This document shows positions 26,609 to 34,707 of a stretch of DNA of 40,453 nucleotides, piece after piece. Origin of the DNA: a virus. Its lineage: Duplodnaviria; Caudoviricetes. Each line of letters starts with the position of its first letter. Within the stretch, counting starts at the first letter, position 1. The translations under genes and the position numbers were made by a program. Location of the stretch: positions 1 through 40,453 of IMG/VR virus record IMGVR_UViG_3300017700_000500; one strand, written 5' to 3'. The notes beneath the pieces are model-generated. The model was not told where the DNA came from and ran no database searches. It worked only from the letters and a program-made list of their open reading frames with translations.

Positions 26609-26773
26609 TTATCTGCTACCGTCTGTCGGAAAGTTGGGCTTTTCTGCCGCGATTGGTGTTCTGTCCACAATCTCGCGATAAGCCGCGTTCACTAGTTGTT
26701 GCTGCTTTTGCCGCTCCTCCGGGGAGAGATAGATGTAGGGTAGGACGTATTCGTCTTCGGGGTATTCGGTCAT
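26609..26773 (-). CDS. Possible 54-aa ORF (MTEYPEDEYVLP...)
   Basis: Translated by hand; fills the gap but has a weak RBS. Confidence 0.3.
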   Translation of the reverse strand: MTEYPEDEYVLPYIYLSPEERQKQQQLVNAAYREIVDRTPIAAEKPNFPTDGSR

Positions 26774-26781
26774 GGCGCCGA

Positions 26782-27162
26782 TTACACCATTCCTGCTGCG
26801 AACATGCGTTTTGTCAGTGCATTCACCGCTTCCAGCATCAAAACCGCCCGCTCTTCCGGGTCTTTGGGCAGCCGTGGGCTATTCCACACGTTCGCCCCGG
26901 TCGCCAAGTTGCGCGCCTTGATCTGGATTGCCGTGCGGTGGATTGGGTCCATTTCCATGACTATGAAATCGATCGCCTTCATTTGATCGTTGTGCAGGGA
27001 CCCGTCAACAACGTCATTGGCGCTATCCCACTGACGGGAGCTGCGCACCCCTGTGAACATGGCGCAAGAGCCGTGGGAGGCCACACCGGACCACCCGGAG
27101 GCCCATTTGTGCCATGCGGCCAACATATCCGAGATGAGGTAATCGTTTTCGTTGCGCATCAT
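26782..27162 (-). CDS. Late antiterminator Q-like protein
   Basis: L.AWHKW N-terminus; last early gene before the late promoter. Confidence 0.55.
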   Translation of the reverse strand: MMRNENDYLISDMLAAWHKWASGWSGVASHGSCAMFTGVRSSRQWDSANDVVDGSLHNDQMKAIDFIVMEMDPIHRTAIQIKARNLATGANVWNSPRLPKDPEERAVLMLEAVNALTKRMFAAGMV

Positions 27163-27173
27163 GTTCCGTCCTT

Positions 27174-27344
27174 TTAGTTCTGTTGGGTCTTTAGGAAATA
27201 CTGGATGACCTGCCTCGTTACTCCGAATCGTTCGGCAATCTCTCGCTGCGGCACCTTCTGGGAGACAAGAGCAAGCACCCGCCGCCCGTCGAGCGGGGTT
27301 CTGGGTCTGCCCGCGCCCGTCCTTTTGCCGCCGTGTCCGTTCAC
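27174..27344 (-). CDS. Small HTH DNA-binding protein
   Basis: HGGKRTGAGRP plus QREIAERFGVTRQVI; GTGA-coupled. Confidence 0.7.
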   Translation of the reverse strand: MNGHGGKRTGAGRPRTPLDGRRVLALVSQKVPQREIAERFGVTRQVIQYFLKTQQN

Positions 27345-27595
27345 CCCTGCTCTCCCGGCATTGGGAATTCCTGTCGAATCGAGTCGGCAATACTTTCTGC
27401 CGCAAGCCGCTGCATCAGCGTCCAATGCGATTGCGCCGCGCACTGATCGCCAACCTTCGCCGCTTCCTCGGCCATCAGGGCGGCAAATTTGGCAAGCTGC
27501 TCCGGTGATGCCATGTAGTACGTTACGGTGCCCATTACCTTAGTGAGCCACTGCAGTTCCGCCTCTTTCGCCAGTCGTTCGATGTCTGGGTTCAT
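27341..27595 (-). CDS. Hypothetical protein
   Basis: AAAGGA RBS; IERLAKEA...LAKFAAL phage motif. Confidence 0.65.
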   Translation of the reverse strand: MNPDIERLAKEAELQWLTKVMGTVTYYMASPEQLAKFAALMAEEAAKVGDQCAAQSHWTLMQRLAAESIADSIRQEFPMPGEQG

Positions 27596-27707
27596 TTCAG
27601 TCCTTTCTTTTCATTTGGCCGCGTAGCAGTCGACTCTATTTTTTCTTTATAAAACAACGGCTTAGCCTTGAAATCTCTTGTTTTTTGCTCTTATGGTCGA
27701 CTCTTTT

Positions 27708-27920
27708 TTAGTCCGCCGATCCGAGGTCTTGCCCCGTAATTGCGCAGCGAACGCGAGTTCCGCCTACGGCGCCAACAGGCCACACGGCCGGCACACCCTG
27801 CAATATGTTCGGCTGAAGCGGTTTGCCAAACACAGTCAGGGGCTGCTGTTTCGCTTCAAGTCGGGCCACACGCTCCCGCAGCTCGTTCACCTCTTTGCGC
27901 AGTTGTTCAATTTCACTCAT
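27708..27920 (-). CDS. Small coiled-coil protein
   Basis: GGGAG RBS. Confidence 0.55.
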   Translation of the reverse strand: MSEIEQLRKEVNELRERVARLEAKQQPLTVFGKPLQPNILQGVPAVWPVGAVGGTRVRCAITGQDLGSAD

Positions 27921-27957
27921 CCCACTCTCCCAAGTTAATCAGGCGTAGTGCCTGGGG

Positions 27958-28314
27958 TTAGGCTTTCGGTTTTTGGTCTTTGGCGATCTTGTCGTTGATT
28001 GCTGCCTCCAACCACGCGACATGCGAGTCGTGGATGTACCCACCGGAATACCCCACGAGTCGCACCCGTTCAAGTTGCAACAAAAGCTCTTCCTTCGCTC
28101 CGATAATGCACATTCCATCCAACATCAACCGCACATCGACAAGACGCTCCTTTGGGGTGGTCAGCCATGAATGCAGCTTTTCAATGCCGAACCGGGCCAG
28201 CCCGTAAATCGAGCCAATCACCACCACCTTGTAGACAAGGTAGCCAATCAGCACCCACACAGCCAGCGATGGCAGGTTGGAGACCATTTCAATCAAAAGC
28301 TTCAACTCATCCAT
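27958..28314 (-). CDS. Membrane-anchored hypothetical protein
   Basis: GGAG RBS; hydrophobic LAVWVLIGYLVYKVVVIG. Confidence 0.6.
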   Translation of the reverse strand: MDELKLLIEMVSNLPSLAVWVLIGYLVYKVVVIGSIYGLARFGIEKLHSWLTTPKERLVDVRLMLDGMCIIGAKEELLLQLERVRLVGYSGGYIHDSHVAWLEAAINDKIAKDQKPKA

Positions 28315-28412
28315 CTTCAATACTCCAGTTATCACCCTAAAGGCCGAGGGTGTAGCGGCGGGGAAATCTCTCTTTTATTTGGCCGGTGCTAGTTGCCTCG
28401 TGCAGGCTTGGA

Positions 28413-28721
28413 CTAAATTTCAAAGAACTCGAGGCGCTGACGAAATAAAGTGCCTATGCAACTTGGTGTTATGCCGTGCACAAGCACCATCGCTTCCGTG
28501 TTTCGCCACGCAATAACTTTGGGCGCTGGACTCTTTGGCGCCTCCGGGGCCTTGACCAAAACCACGGGCTCCTCCATCTGCTCTGCCACACACACAAACA
28601 CCGGTGCAGTTCTTTCAAGGGCTGGCGGCACTTGTTTTATTGCCAGCCTCTTCAACCCATCCTCAGACGGAGTTCCGGGGCGATCAACAATCTCGCGAGA
28701 CAGGTCCGCAAAAGGGTTCAT
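28413..28721 (-). CDS. Hypothetical protein
   Basis: ATGA-coupled to ninB. Confidence 0.55.
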   Translation of the reverse strand: MNPFADLSREIVDRPGTPSEDGLKRLAIKQVPPALERTAPVFVCVAEQMEEPVVLVKAPEAPKSPAPKVIAWRNTEAMVLVHGITPSCIGTLFRQRLEFFEI

Positions 28722-29125
28722 GCCGCCATCCTCGGCGCGCTCTTGTAGATCGGCTCGACGCCACTTTGCGCCGCCATCGCAACGAGAAACTCCATCCAGT
28801 CGCTGAAGGTTTTCTTGCCCATCTGGCTTGTCCGCTGCGGCATCATGATTACCTTCCCGTCGAATGCGGCCATGCGCATTTCGCCGTTCCAGCAGCCGGT
28901 TAGAACTGCTTTCCAGTCCTCATCGGTTACCCACTCCATGGCGCCGTTGATGCAGAGCTGCTTTTGTGCTGCGAAACCTGCCAGATAGGGCCACTGGGCG
29001 GCGTTCTGGTCTAGGCTGCGGGTCGGCTCGCCCACGGTGACGGCGTAGCCTGCGGGCGCGTCCTTGACTGCCTGGATGGCGCGTTGGCGGGCTAGGTCGT
29101 GGGACATGATGTAAGTCTGTTTCAC
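28718..29125 (-). CDS. ninB: NinB/Orf recombination mediator
   Basis: EPTRSLDQNA..W, EDWK, RTSQMGKK.FSDW.E. Confidence 0.85.
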   Translation of the reverse strand: MKQTYIMSHDLARQRAIQAVKDAPAGYAVTVGEPTRSLDQNAAQWPYLAGFAAQKQLCINGAMEWVTDEDWKAVLTGCWNGEMRMAAFDGKVIMMPQRTSQMGKKTFSDWMEFLVAMAAQSGVEPIYKSAPRMAA

Positions 29126-29460
29126 GCTGTCACCTCCAATTCAGGTATTGGTACGTTCTCAGGCCACAGGCCCAGCCGCACCAGAATTTGCACGGTCTTG
29201 GAGTGGCAGGACTCCCACATCGCCTCACGCTCATCCCTGCTTAGCCGCGAGCCCTGGTCGAGCATGAAGTGGCACAGATGGCACAGCGCCGCGACAAACA
29301 CGTCTGACGCCTTGATTGACCGGCCTTTACCGTGCTTCGCCATGTTCGAGTGCGCAGCGCAGACCGTACCGTCATCCCGGCCGCAATTGGTGCAGGGGAT
29401 GGCGCGGCAGGCCTTGAGCAAGGCTGGGCTGCGGATGTAGGTGAACTTTTGGAAGCTCAT
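29122..29460 (-). CDS. Zn-finger HNH-like nuclease (YbcO/DUF1364-like)
   Basis: C..C...AAH...GKG..IK..D...LCH.CH. Confidence 0.7.
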   Translation of the reverse strand: MSFQKFTYIRSPALLKACRAIPCTNCGRDDGTVCAAHSNMAKHGKGRSIKASDVFVAALCHLCHFMLDQGSRLSRDEREAMWESCHSKTVQILVRLGLWPENVPIPELEVTA

Positions 29461-29735
29461 TTGATGCACCCAATCGCCCGTAGCGCCGCTTCAGGACCAT
29501 CAACGATGGCCCACGGATAGCCGGGGAAGCGCTCAAAGAACTTCGTCTGCGCCTTGGTCGGCTTCTGGGCAGACTTCACCTTTGCGCCGTCCTTGACTTC
29601 CAAAAGGAGGAACTGTCCACGGATACCCACCAGCAGATCCAAGGGCTTGCCGACTACCTGCACGGTCGCGCCGGCCGCCTCCAGGGCGCTGATTACCGCC
29701 GCCTGGTTGGCGTCAACACGCAGCGCGTACCTCAT
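29457..29735 (-). CDS. PD-(D/E)xK nuclease (VRR-NUC/resolvase-like)
   Basis: RVDANQ...DLLVG...LLEVKDG. Confidence 0.75.
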   Translation of the reverse strand: MRYALRVDANQAAVISALEAAGATVQVVGKPLDLLVGIRGQFLLLEVKDGAKVKSAQKPTKAQTKFFERFPGYPWAIVDGPEAALRAIGCIK

Positions 29736-29788
29736 CCCGCCACCTTCGCAACGTAGTGGGGGCAATCACGCTCGAACAGGTTACTCAT
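29732..29788 (-). CDS. 18-aa coupled mini-ORF MSNLFERDCPHYVAKVAG
   Basis: ATGA overlaps at both ends. Confidence 0.45.
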   Translation of the reverse strand: MSNLFERDCPHYVAKVAG

Positions 29789-30027
29789 AGCGGCGCCCCC
29801 TTGATCAGCGCGGCATAGCGCTTCACGTTCGCATGACCTGCCGGCCAGTCGGAGCCAAAAGACCAGTCGAGCAGCTTGCGGTAGTCCTGCGTGATGTTTC
29901 CGTTCTTGGCTGATTCGGCAAAATCTGGGCTTTGGGCAAGGTGGCGCGCCGCGCATTCCAGGCAGTCCAGGCGAAAGGCGCCAGTCAAGCGGTTGACGGT
30001 GAAGGCGTCGCAGGCGGAGCAGGTCAT
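29785..30027 (-). CDS. Small Zn-binding protein
   Basis: CSAC...CLEC; ATGA-coupled. Confidence 0.65.
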   Translation of the reverse strand: MTCSACDAFTVNRLTGAFRLDCLECAARHLAQSPDFAESAKNGNITQDYRKLLDWSFGSDWPAGHANVKRYAALIKGAPL

Positions 30028-30257
30028 TGCGTCCTCCAGCACCGAATCCCATCGCCCTCAACGGAGGTTGTGAACCGTTTTCCGCTGTATGCGCCTTGTT
30101 TTGAGCAATAGCTCTGACCGGTAATTGGTGTCATGCCCGCGTAAAAAACCGACTCGCCCACACCAAGGCGCTGGAGTGACAGGCGGAATTCGGTATGTTT
30201 TTCGGCTCGGTGGCCGTGCGCGGGCAAGGGCCTTGCGCTGGTGATTTCTAGGTTCAT
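30024..30257 (-). CDS. Small putative DNA-binding protein, paralog of 34830-35042
   Basis: LGVGESVF...KRF....EG..IRCWR. Confidence 0.7.
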   Translation of the reverse strand: MNLEITSARPLPAHGHRAEKHTEFRLSLQRLGVGESVFYAGMTPITGQSYCSKQGAYSGKRFTTSVEGDGIRCWRTQ

Positions 30258-31078
30258 GCGGATGCTCCTTGTTTTGGCGCCCTTGCGGCGAGTTGATCGA
30301 GGTTGAAGCCGGGCAGCCGCGGGGCTCGCAATACGCGCTCCCTGTAGGCTGAAAACTGCTCCTTAAGGCAATCCCACGGACCCAGCCCTTTTTCGCAACC
30401 CTGCTTTTCAATCGCGGCGCGGGATTCGAGTTCGTCAGCGCTGGCATGGTCGGCAGGAGGCGCGGAACCGTTGGCAACCCGCCCCCGCAACTTGGCCCAG
30501 TCTTCGCGAATGGCTTCCATGAAGGCGTCGTCCCACTTGACGTATTCGTACCCCTTGGCGTTGGCTTTGCGCACAAATGCTTCAAGGTGTTTTTCAAGAT
30601 CGCGGAATCCCTCTTTGGCCGCCCAGACGCGAACGCGTTCAGAAATTCCGAAGTCGTCAGGAATACCCGTCTTCCGTCCCTTTGAATTTTTCGATGTGGG
30701 GGCCTCTGCCTCTTTCTCTCTCTTTGCCTCTGTCTCTCCCTCTGTCTCTGGTACAGCAAGTTGCTGGCAGTCTGCTGGCACGCCGCTAGCGTTCTGCACC
30801 ACAGAGAAAAAACCCTTATCAATCAGCGGCTTGAGTCCAGCGGCTATGTCTTTGATGTTTGTGCGCAGTCGGAAGGCCAGTTCTTCGTGTGCGCCATCGA
30901 AGGACCCGTCTTTGCTCTCGCTTGCAAGCAGCCAGAGCATCGGTGCTAGCGCTCTGCTAGCGAGTGGGAGCGACTGATACGCGCGGTCATCCAGCAGCTT
31001 TTTGTGCAGCTTGATCCACGGCGGCGCCCGGTCTTTGTAGTGCTGGAACTCGGCCCAGTTTTTGGGGGTGAGGATCAC
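30254..31078 (-). CDS. Replication initiator (lambda O-like)
   Basis: KNWAEFQHYKDR.PPWIKLH N-terminus; ETEGETE linker; GTGA-coupled. Confidence 0.8.
   Translation of the reverse strand: MILTPKNWAEFQHYKDRAPPWIKLHKKLLDDRAYQSLPLASRALAPMLWLLASESKDGSFDGAHEELAFRLRTNIKDIAAGLKPLIDKGFFSVVQNASGVPADCQQLAVPETEGETEAKREKEAEAPTSKNSKGRKTGIPDDFGISERVRVWAAKEGFRDLEKHLEAFVRKANAKGYEYVKWDDAFMEAIREDWAKLRGRVANGSAPPADHASADELESRAAIEKQGCEKGLGPWDCLKEQFSAYRERVLRAPRLPGFNLDQLAARAPKQGASA
30708..30797. other. Candidate replication origin inside the initiator gene
   Basis: TGCTGGCA x2 plus CGCTAGCG next to a purine/pyrimidine-skewed (TC)n tract. Confidence 0.45.
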
Positions 31079-31803
31079 GCTACAGGCCCTCCAAGCATTC
31101 GCCATGCTGCTGCTGCCACTCTTGGAACTTGTCCGTTTCCAAGGGCGTTAAGCTGCTCCATGCGAGCGGCCACCCCATCAGCCAAGATACCCACTCCGGG
31201 TTTAGTGGGCCATTCAGCTCTCGCTCCGTCACCATCTTCCGCAGCTTCGCCCTTGAGTGCGAGCCACCCCATTTGCACAGGGCTGAGCCACCGCTCTTGC
31301 CTACAGTTGTGGGAGTTGGCCAGTATCCAGATACGTTCTCTAACGTGGGGCGCTCCAACATGTCCAGCGCCCAGCACTCCCCATCGCGCATCAAACCCCA
31401 TCGCGGCCAGGTCTCCGAGAACAACTCCCAATCCCCGTGAAGTAAGGACTGCGCTGTTTTCCACGAAGACGTGGCTTGGTCGTACTTCGCCAATGATCCG
31501 ACCCATTTGCCGCCACAGTCCTGAGCGGGCTCCGTTGATCCCAGCTCCTTTGCCTGCTCCGGAAATGTCCTGACAGGGAAAGCCGCCAGAAATGACATCA
31601 ACACGGCCAACCCACGGCTTTCCGTCAAAAGTACACACGTCAGACCAAATCGGGAATGGTTCGAGAAATCCATCGTTTTGTCTTTGTGCCAAAACTTGTG
31701 CGGCGTATCCATCACGTTCAACTGCGCAGACGGTTCGCCATCCAAGCAGCTTGCCGCCGAGTATTCCGCCACCAGCGCCCGCGAAAAGAGCCAGCTCATT
31801 CAC
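31075..31803 (-). CDS. C5-cytosine DNA methyltransferase, alpha chain (motifs I-VIII and X)
   Basis: LFAGAGG, GGFPCQD, VENS, RERIWI, LGNGQVP; GTG start. Confidence 0.9.
   Translation of the reverse strand: MNELALFAGAGGGILGGKLLGWRTVCAVERDGYAAQVLAQRQNDGFLEPFPIWSDVCTFDGKPWVGRVDVISGGFPCQDISGAGKGAGINGARSGLWRQMGRIIGEVRPSHVFVENSAVLTSRGLGVVLGDLAAMGFDARWGVLGAGHVGAPHVRERIWILANSHNCRQERWLSPVQMGWLALKGEAAEDGDGARAEWPTKPGVGILADGVAARMEQLNALGNGQVPRVAAAAWRMLGGPVA
31080..31799 (-). CDS. Overprinted C5-MTase beta chain (TRD-like region plus motif IX)
   Basis: 239-aa open alternative frame with WPTPT and LNPEWVSWLMGWP. Confidence 0.75.
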   Translation of the reverse strand: MSWLFSRALVAEYSAASCLDGEPSAQLNVMDTPHKFWHKDKTMDFSNHSRFGLTCVLLTESRGLAVLMSFLAAFPVRTFPEQAKELGSTEPAQDCGGKWVGSLAKYDQATSSWKTAQSLLHGDWELFSETWPRWGLMRDGECWALDMLERPTLENVSGYWPTPTTVGKSGGSALCKWGGSHSRAKLRKMVTERELNGPLNPEWVSWLMGWPLAWSSLTPLETDKFQEWQQQHGECLEGL

Positions 31804-32027
31804 GCAACCCCGCCCTCTTCCGCGCGGCCTGCAAGCGTGTACGCCTTCACTTTCTTGCCACCGGCCAAATGGACCCACTTGTCCTGAATCGGCATGCCAA
31901 GGCGCCTGAATCCTCCGCAGCGCTGCGAAAGTGAAAAGCACTGCGCCTTCTCCAGCGCATCAATAGGCGTCACCCACTGGGCTTTTAGTAGCTCCAGGAG
32001 CTTGTCTTGCATGAGTACGGCGCTCAT
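31800..32027 (-). CDS. Small winged-HTH-like protein
   Basis: LLELLK..WVTPIDAL...LSQRC...R..G..I...W. Confidence 0.65.
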   Translation of the reverse strand: MSAVLMQDKLLELLKAQWVTPIDALEKAQCFSLSQRCGGFRRLGMPIQDKWVHLAGGKKVKAYTLAGRAEEGGVA

Positions 32028-32341
32028 GAATGCACCTCGCCGCGCTCAGATATTTCCGTCTTGCCTTTGAGTTTGTTGCGGGCTTCGGTTACAAATGTCT
32101 CGTTGCCCGGTTGGTCGCGGATGGGGCGGAGGTCCGAGTCTGGGATATCGATCAAGCCCAAGCCCGGCGCCTCCAACTTGCCCAGCTCATCAAACCCCTG
32201 CATCGGAGAAAGCGGCTCACACTCCCATTCCGGACCAAAATGGGCATCAGTCTGAAACCGTTTTACGGTCACCAATTTCCCAATATTTGCCTGAATGTCT
32301 GAGCCAACAATCACAGCCAGATCGCCCTTTTTGCAATTCAT
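32024..32341 (-). CDS. Hypothetical protein
   Basis: MNCKKGDLAVIV...LRPI phage motif; coupled. Confidence 0.65.
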   Translation of the reverse strand: MNCKKGDLAVIVGSDIQANIGKLVTVKRFQTDAHFGPEWECEPLSPMQGFDELGKLEAPGLGLIDIPDSDLRPIRDQPGNETFVTEARNKLKGKTEISERGEVHS

Positions 32342-32568
32342 GGATTCCTCCTAATCTGCGCCACAACTCCGGCGCTCTTGCACAGAAAATGCTGGTCAGC
32401 GTCAGCTCTAGGGCTGGACATGTTGTTGCCGGTGTACGGCTCGCGGATCGTTGAGTTAACGTAGGTCCGCGAGGGGGTGCGCGAAGCTGGCAAGCTGGCT
32501 TGTTCTTCGTCGTACTCTTTGCGGAGCTTTTCGCGCTGCTGTTTCAGGGTGGGGCCGGTGCCGCTCAT
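32338..32568 (-). CDS. Hypothetical protein
   Basis: ATGA-coupled on both sides. Confidence 0.6.
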   Translation of the reverse strand: MSGTGPTLKQQREKLRKEYDEEQASLPASRTPSRTYVNSTIREPYTGNNMSSPRADADQHFLCKSAGVVAQIRRNP

Positions 32569-32969
32569 TTGGTGGCCTTTGGGGCGGCGTAGATTGGAAA
32601 GTCAACCCAATCTCGAAAGCAAATAAGCAAGTCATGCGCGCTGACGTGGTAGTTGTCTTCGTCGCTCGACTCAGAGTCCAGATACCCCCGCCAGTCTTCG
32701 GGGTCCTTGGGCGCGTTTTTAAACTGAGTGCTGTGAGCGTGAGGGCCGATGAACAATCGAACCTCGGTCGCGTTCTCAGGTAATCTCAGTGGCGCTGCGG
32801 CTGGCTGGGATAGGGCTGCGGACTCCGCCTTTTCGCATCGAACCCGCCAGTAATGCACGTCGCAGTAGTCGCCCTGCTTGACGTCTTCTCGCGCAAGGTT
32901 GAATGCATAGCTTCCGCAGTGGTGGCCGTTATGCGCCGGGTCTGAAAATTTGCAGCGTTTTCCGTCCAT
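32565..32969 (-). CDS. Hypothetical protein
   Basis: AAGGAG RBS. Confidence 0.65.
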   Translation of the reverse strand: MDGKRCKFSDPAHNGHHCGSYAFNLAREDVKQGDYCDVHYWRVRCEKAESAALSQPAAAPLRLPENATEVRLFIGPHAHSTQFKNAPKDPEDWRGYLDSESSDEDNYHVSAHDLLICFRDWVDFPIYAAPKATK

Positions 32970-32989
32970 GTCTTTCTCCTTTGATTGGG

Positions 32990-33358
32990 TTAGGCGGCGC
33001 CACCGGCCAGGACACGGCGCAGCGCAGCGTTTTCCTCGCGCAACAGACGGTTCTGGCGCTCGGTTTCGGTTTCGCGGTGACGCATGGCTGTCAGGTCAAA
33101 TCCGCGGTCGTAGTTCATCCAGAGAAGCGGCGAATCGTTGCCGCAGAAGTCCATCACTGCGACCAACTTGGGCCACAGAATCCCCTCATTGCCAGATGAC
33201 CAGCGCGAGAACTGCGCTTTGTCCAGCTTCAATTCAGCCTGCACTTCCTTGGGTTCGTAGCCAGCGGCTTTGACGCAAAGATCAATCGAGCCACCAAGTG
33301 ACTTCTCCCGCATTACTTCCTGCGGCGTGACTACGTTCGGGATAGCTAATTGGTTCAT
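32990..33358 (-). CDS. CII-like HTH regulator
   Basis: EVQAELKLDKAQFSRW HTH; directly downstream of cro. Confidence 0.65.
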   Translation of the reverse strand: MNQLAIPNVVTPQEVMREKSLGGSIDLCVKAAGYEPKEVQAELKLDKAQFSRWSSGNEGILWPKLVAVMDFCGNDSPLLWMNYDRGFDLTAMRHRETETERQNRLLREENAALRRVLAGGAA

Positions 33359-33490
33359 GTCTCAAATCAGATGTGTGGTGTTGAGAGGCTTGCTCAGCGA
33401 AAAATGAGCGCAATGAAAAACACGAATTTCAAAAACGCCAGCAACGACTCCCTGATGGGATGGGTTAGCGCATGGGAGGCTTGGCACGGC

Positions 33491-33718
33491 TCAGACCTTG
33501 GCAAGCTCGCGCACGGCGGACCACTTGTCGTTGAGGTCTTCCAGATCGACGCCCGTAGCGGCGGAGACTGCGGCGCAGTGTTCCAGCGGGACGCGCTTGG
33601 CCTTGAGCCAGTGCTCGATGTTCTGGCGGGAGATATCGTCTCCGCATGCCGCTGCCAGCTTGGTGGGGCTCCCGCCGTAGATGGCGACCGCCCTTTCGAT
33701 GCCCGTTTTTCTTGCCAT
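33491..33718 (-). CDS. cro: Cro/YdaS-like repressor
   Basis: GGSPTKLAAAC..ISRQNIEHW..RVP; CAGGAG RBS; divergent from cI. Confidence 0.85.
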   Translation of the reverse strand: MARKTGIERAVAIYGGSPTKLAAACGDDISRQNIEHWLKAKRVPLEHCAAVSAATGVDLEDLNDKWSAVRELAKV

Positions 33719-33731
33719 ATGTCGCAACTCC

Positions 33732-33796
33732 TGCAAAGTAGTTTGCATCTTAACAGGCAAACTAGCTTGCGTGCAAGGCCTGCAAAATGATTTGCA
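33732..33796. promoter_or_regulatory. OR-like: three GCAAA-N4-(T/C)TTGC operators overlapping PR and PRM
   Basis: 33732-33747, 33756-33771, 33781-33796; TTGCAC-18-TAAGAT on the - strand. Confidence 0.85.
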
Positions 33797-34452
33797 TGGA
33801 AAATCTCGGGAAATTTGTAAAGACGTTCCGTCTGCACCCGGATAGGGGCTGGACAACGGCCCAGATGGCGGCGGCTGTGACGCGCCACCAGGCGCTCGGA
33901 AAGCCAGAGGTCAAGCGCCAACACATTGAGCAGCTGGAAGCGGCCGGTGATCGCGTTCCGCGCTACGTGGTTGCACTGGCCCGCGCCATGGGAACCACCA
34001 CAGACGCTCTACTGACCGGGCAAGCCGACCCAGCGCCAATTGATCTAGATCAATCGACCGACATTAATCCTGCAGAAGCAATGCGAGCAGCTCTCAATAT
34101 CCTTGGTACTTGTTTACACGGCATGGAAGCCGAGTCGCGCACCGCTGCAGGATATTTCCTACAACAAATGGCGAATTCCCCCGATGGTGGGTGGGCGGCG
34201 CGTCTTGCAGACCTGTTGCAAAGTGAAATACAACCGGTTACATGGGCCGCCATTGGTAGTTCTATCAGGGCGGGAAACTACTCAGTAGGTTTTCAAAAGC
34301 AAGAGCCAAGAATGAAGCCGAAAAGTGGTAGCCAGCCCGGCGGTGCCGTAGCAGCAAGTCACTTACCAACCGGCCCAGGTGATGCTGCAACTGCTGCGGG
34401 TAGACCAACTGACCAAAAAGGAAGCGGCAACCCTGCTGCGGGATCTGGCTGA
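33796..34452 (+). CDS. cI: CI-like XRE repressor without an S24 peptidase domain
   Basis: WTTAQMAAAV...RQHIEQLE...LARAMGTT.D.LL; flanked by operators. Confidence 0.8.
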   Translation: MENLGKFVKTFRLHPDRGWTTAQMAAAVTRHQALGKPEVKRQHIEQLEAAGDRVPRYVVALARAMGTTTDALLTGQADPAPIDLDQSTDINPAEAMRAALNILGTCLHGMEAESRTAAGYFLQQMANSPDGGWAARLADLLQSEIQPVTWAAIGSSIRAGNYSVGFQKQEPRMKPKSGSQPGGAVAASHLPTGPGDAATAAGRPTDQKGSGNPAAGSG

Positions 34453-34633
34453 CCTGGCCGAATCCTCGGACACTGATTTCCGTTCTGTCCTCTACGCCAT
34501 ACAGGACGGCCCCACGGGCTTCCGCACAGGCATTACGGGCCATTGGCGACGCCACCCTATAGACGCCCTTCCCGCCCTCGAAGCGCTTCGCCGTAAGCTG
34601 CGCTGGGAACTGTCCTTCCAAGAACTGGCCTAG
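34379..34633 (+). CDS. Hypothetical protein co-transcribed with cI
   Basis: Overlaps the cI 3' end; followed by a terminator. Confidence 0.55.
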   Translation: MMLQLLRVDQLTKKEAATLLRDLADLAESSDTDFRSVLYAIQDGPTGFRTGITGHWRRHPIDALPALEALRRKLRWELSFQELA

Positions 34634-34642
34634 CGCCACACC

Positions 34643-34668
34643 AACCGCCCGCGAGGCGGTTTTTCTTT
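34643..34668 (+). terminator. Intrinsic terminator of the immunity operon
   Basis: AACCGCC-CGCGA-GGCGGTT followed by TTTTCTTT. Confidence 0.8.
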
Positions 34669-34707
34669 GCCTGAAATCTAGGTGAATACCCGAACTTTAC
34701 ACAAATA

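Noticed and set aside
30058-30822. 254-aa alternative-frame ORF within the replication initiator
   Set aside because: No RBS, coupling or family motif; R-rich composition typical of an off-frame read, unlike the MTase beta frame.
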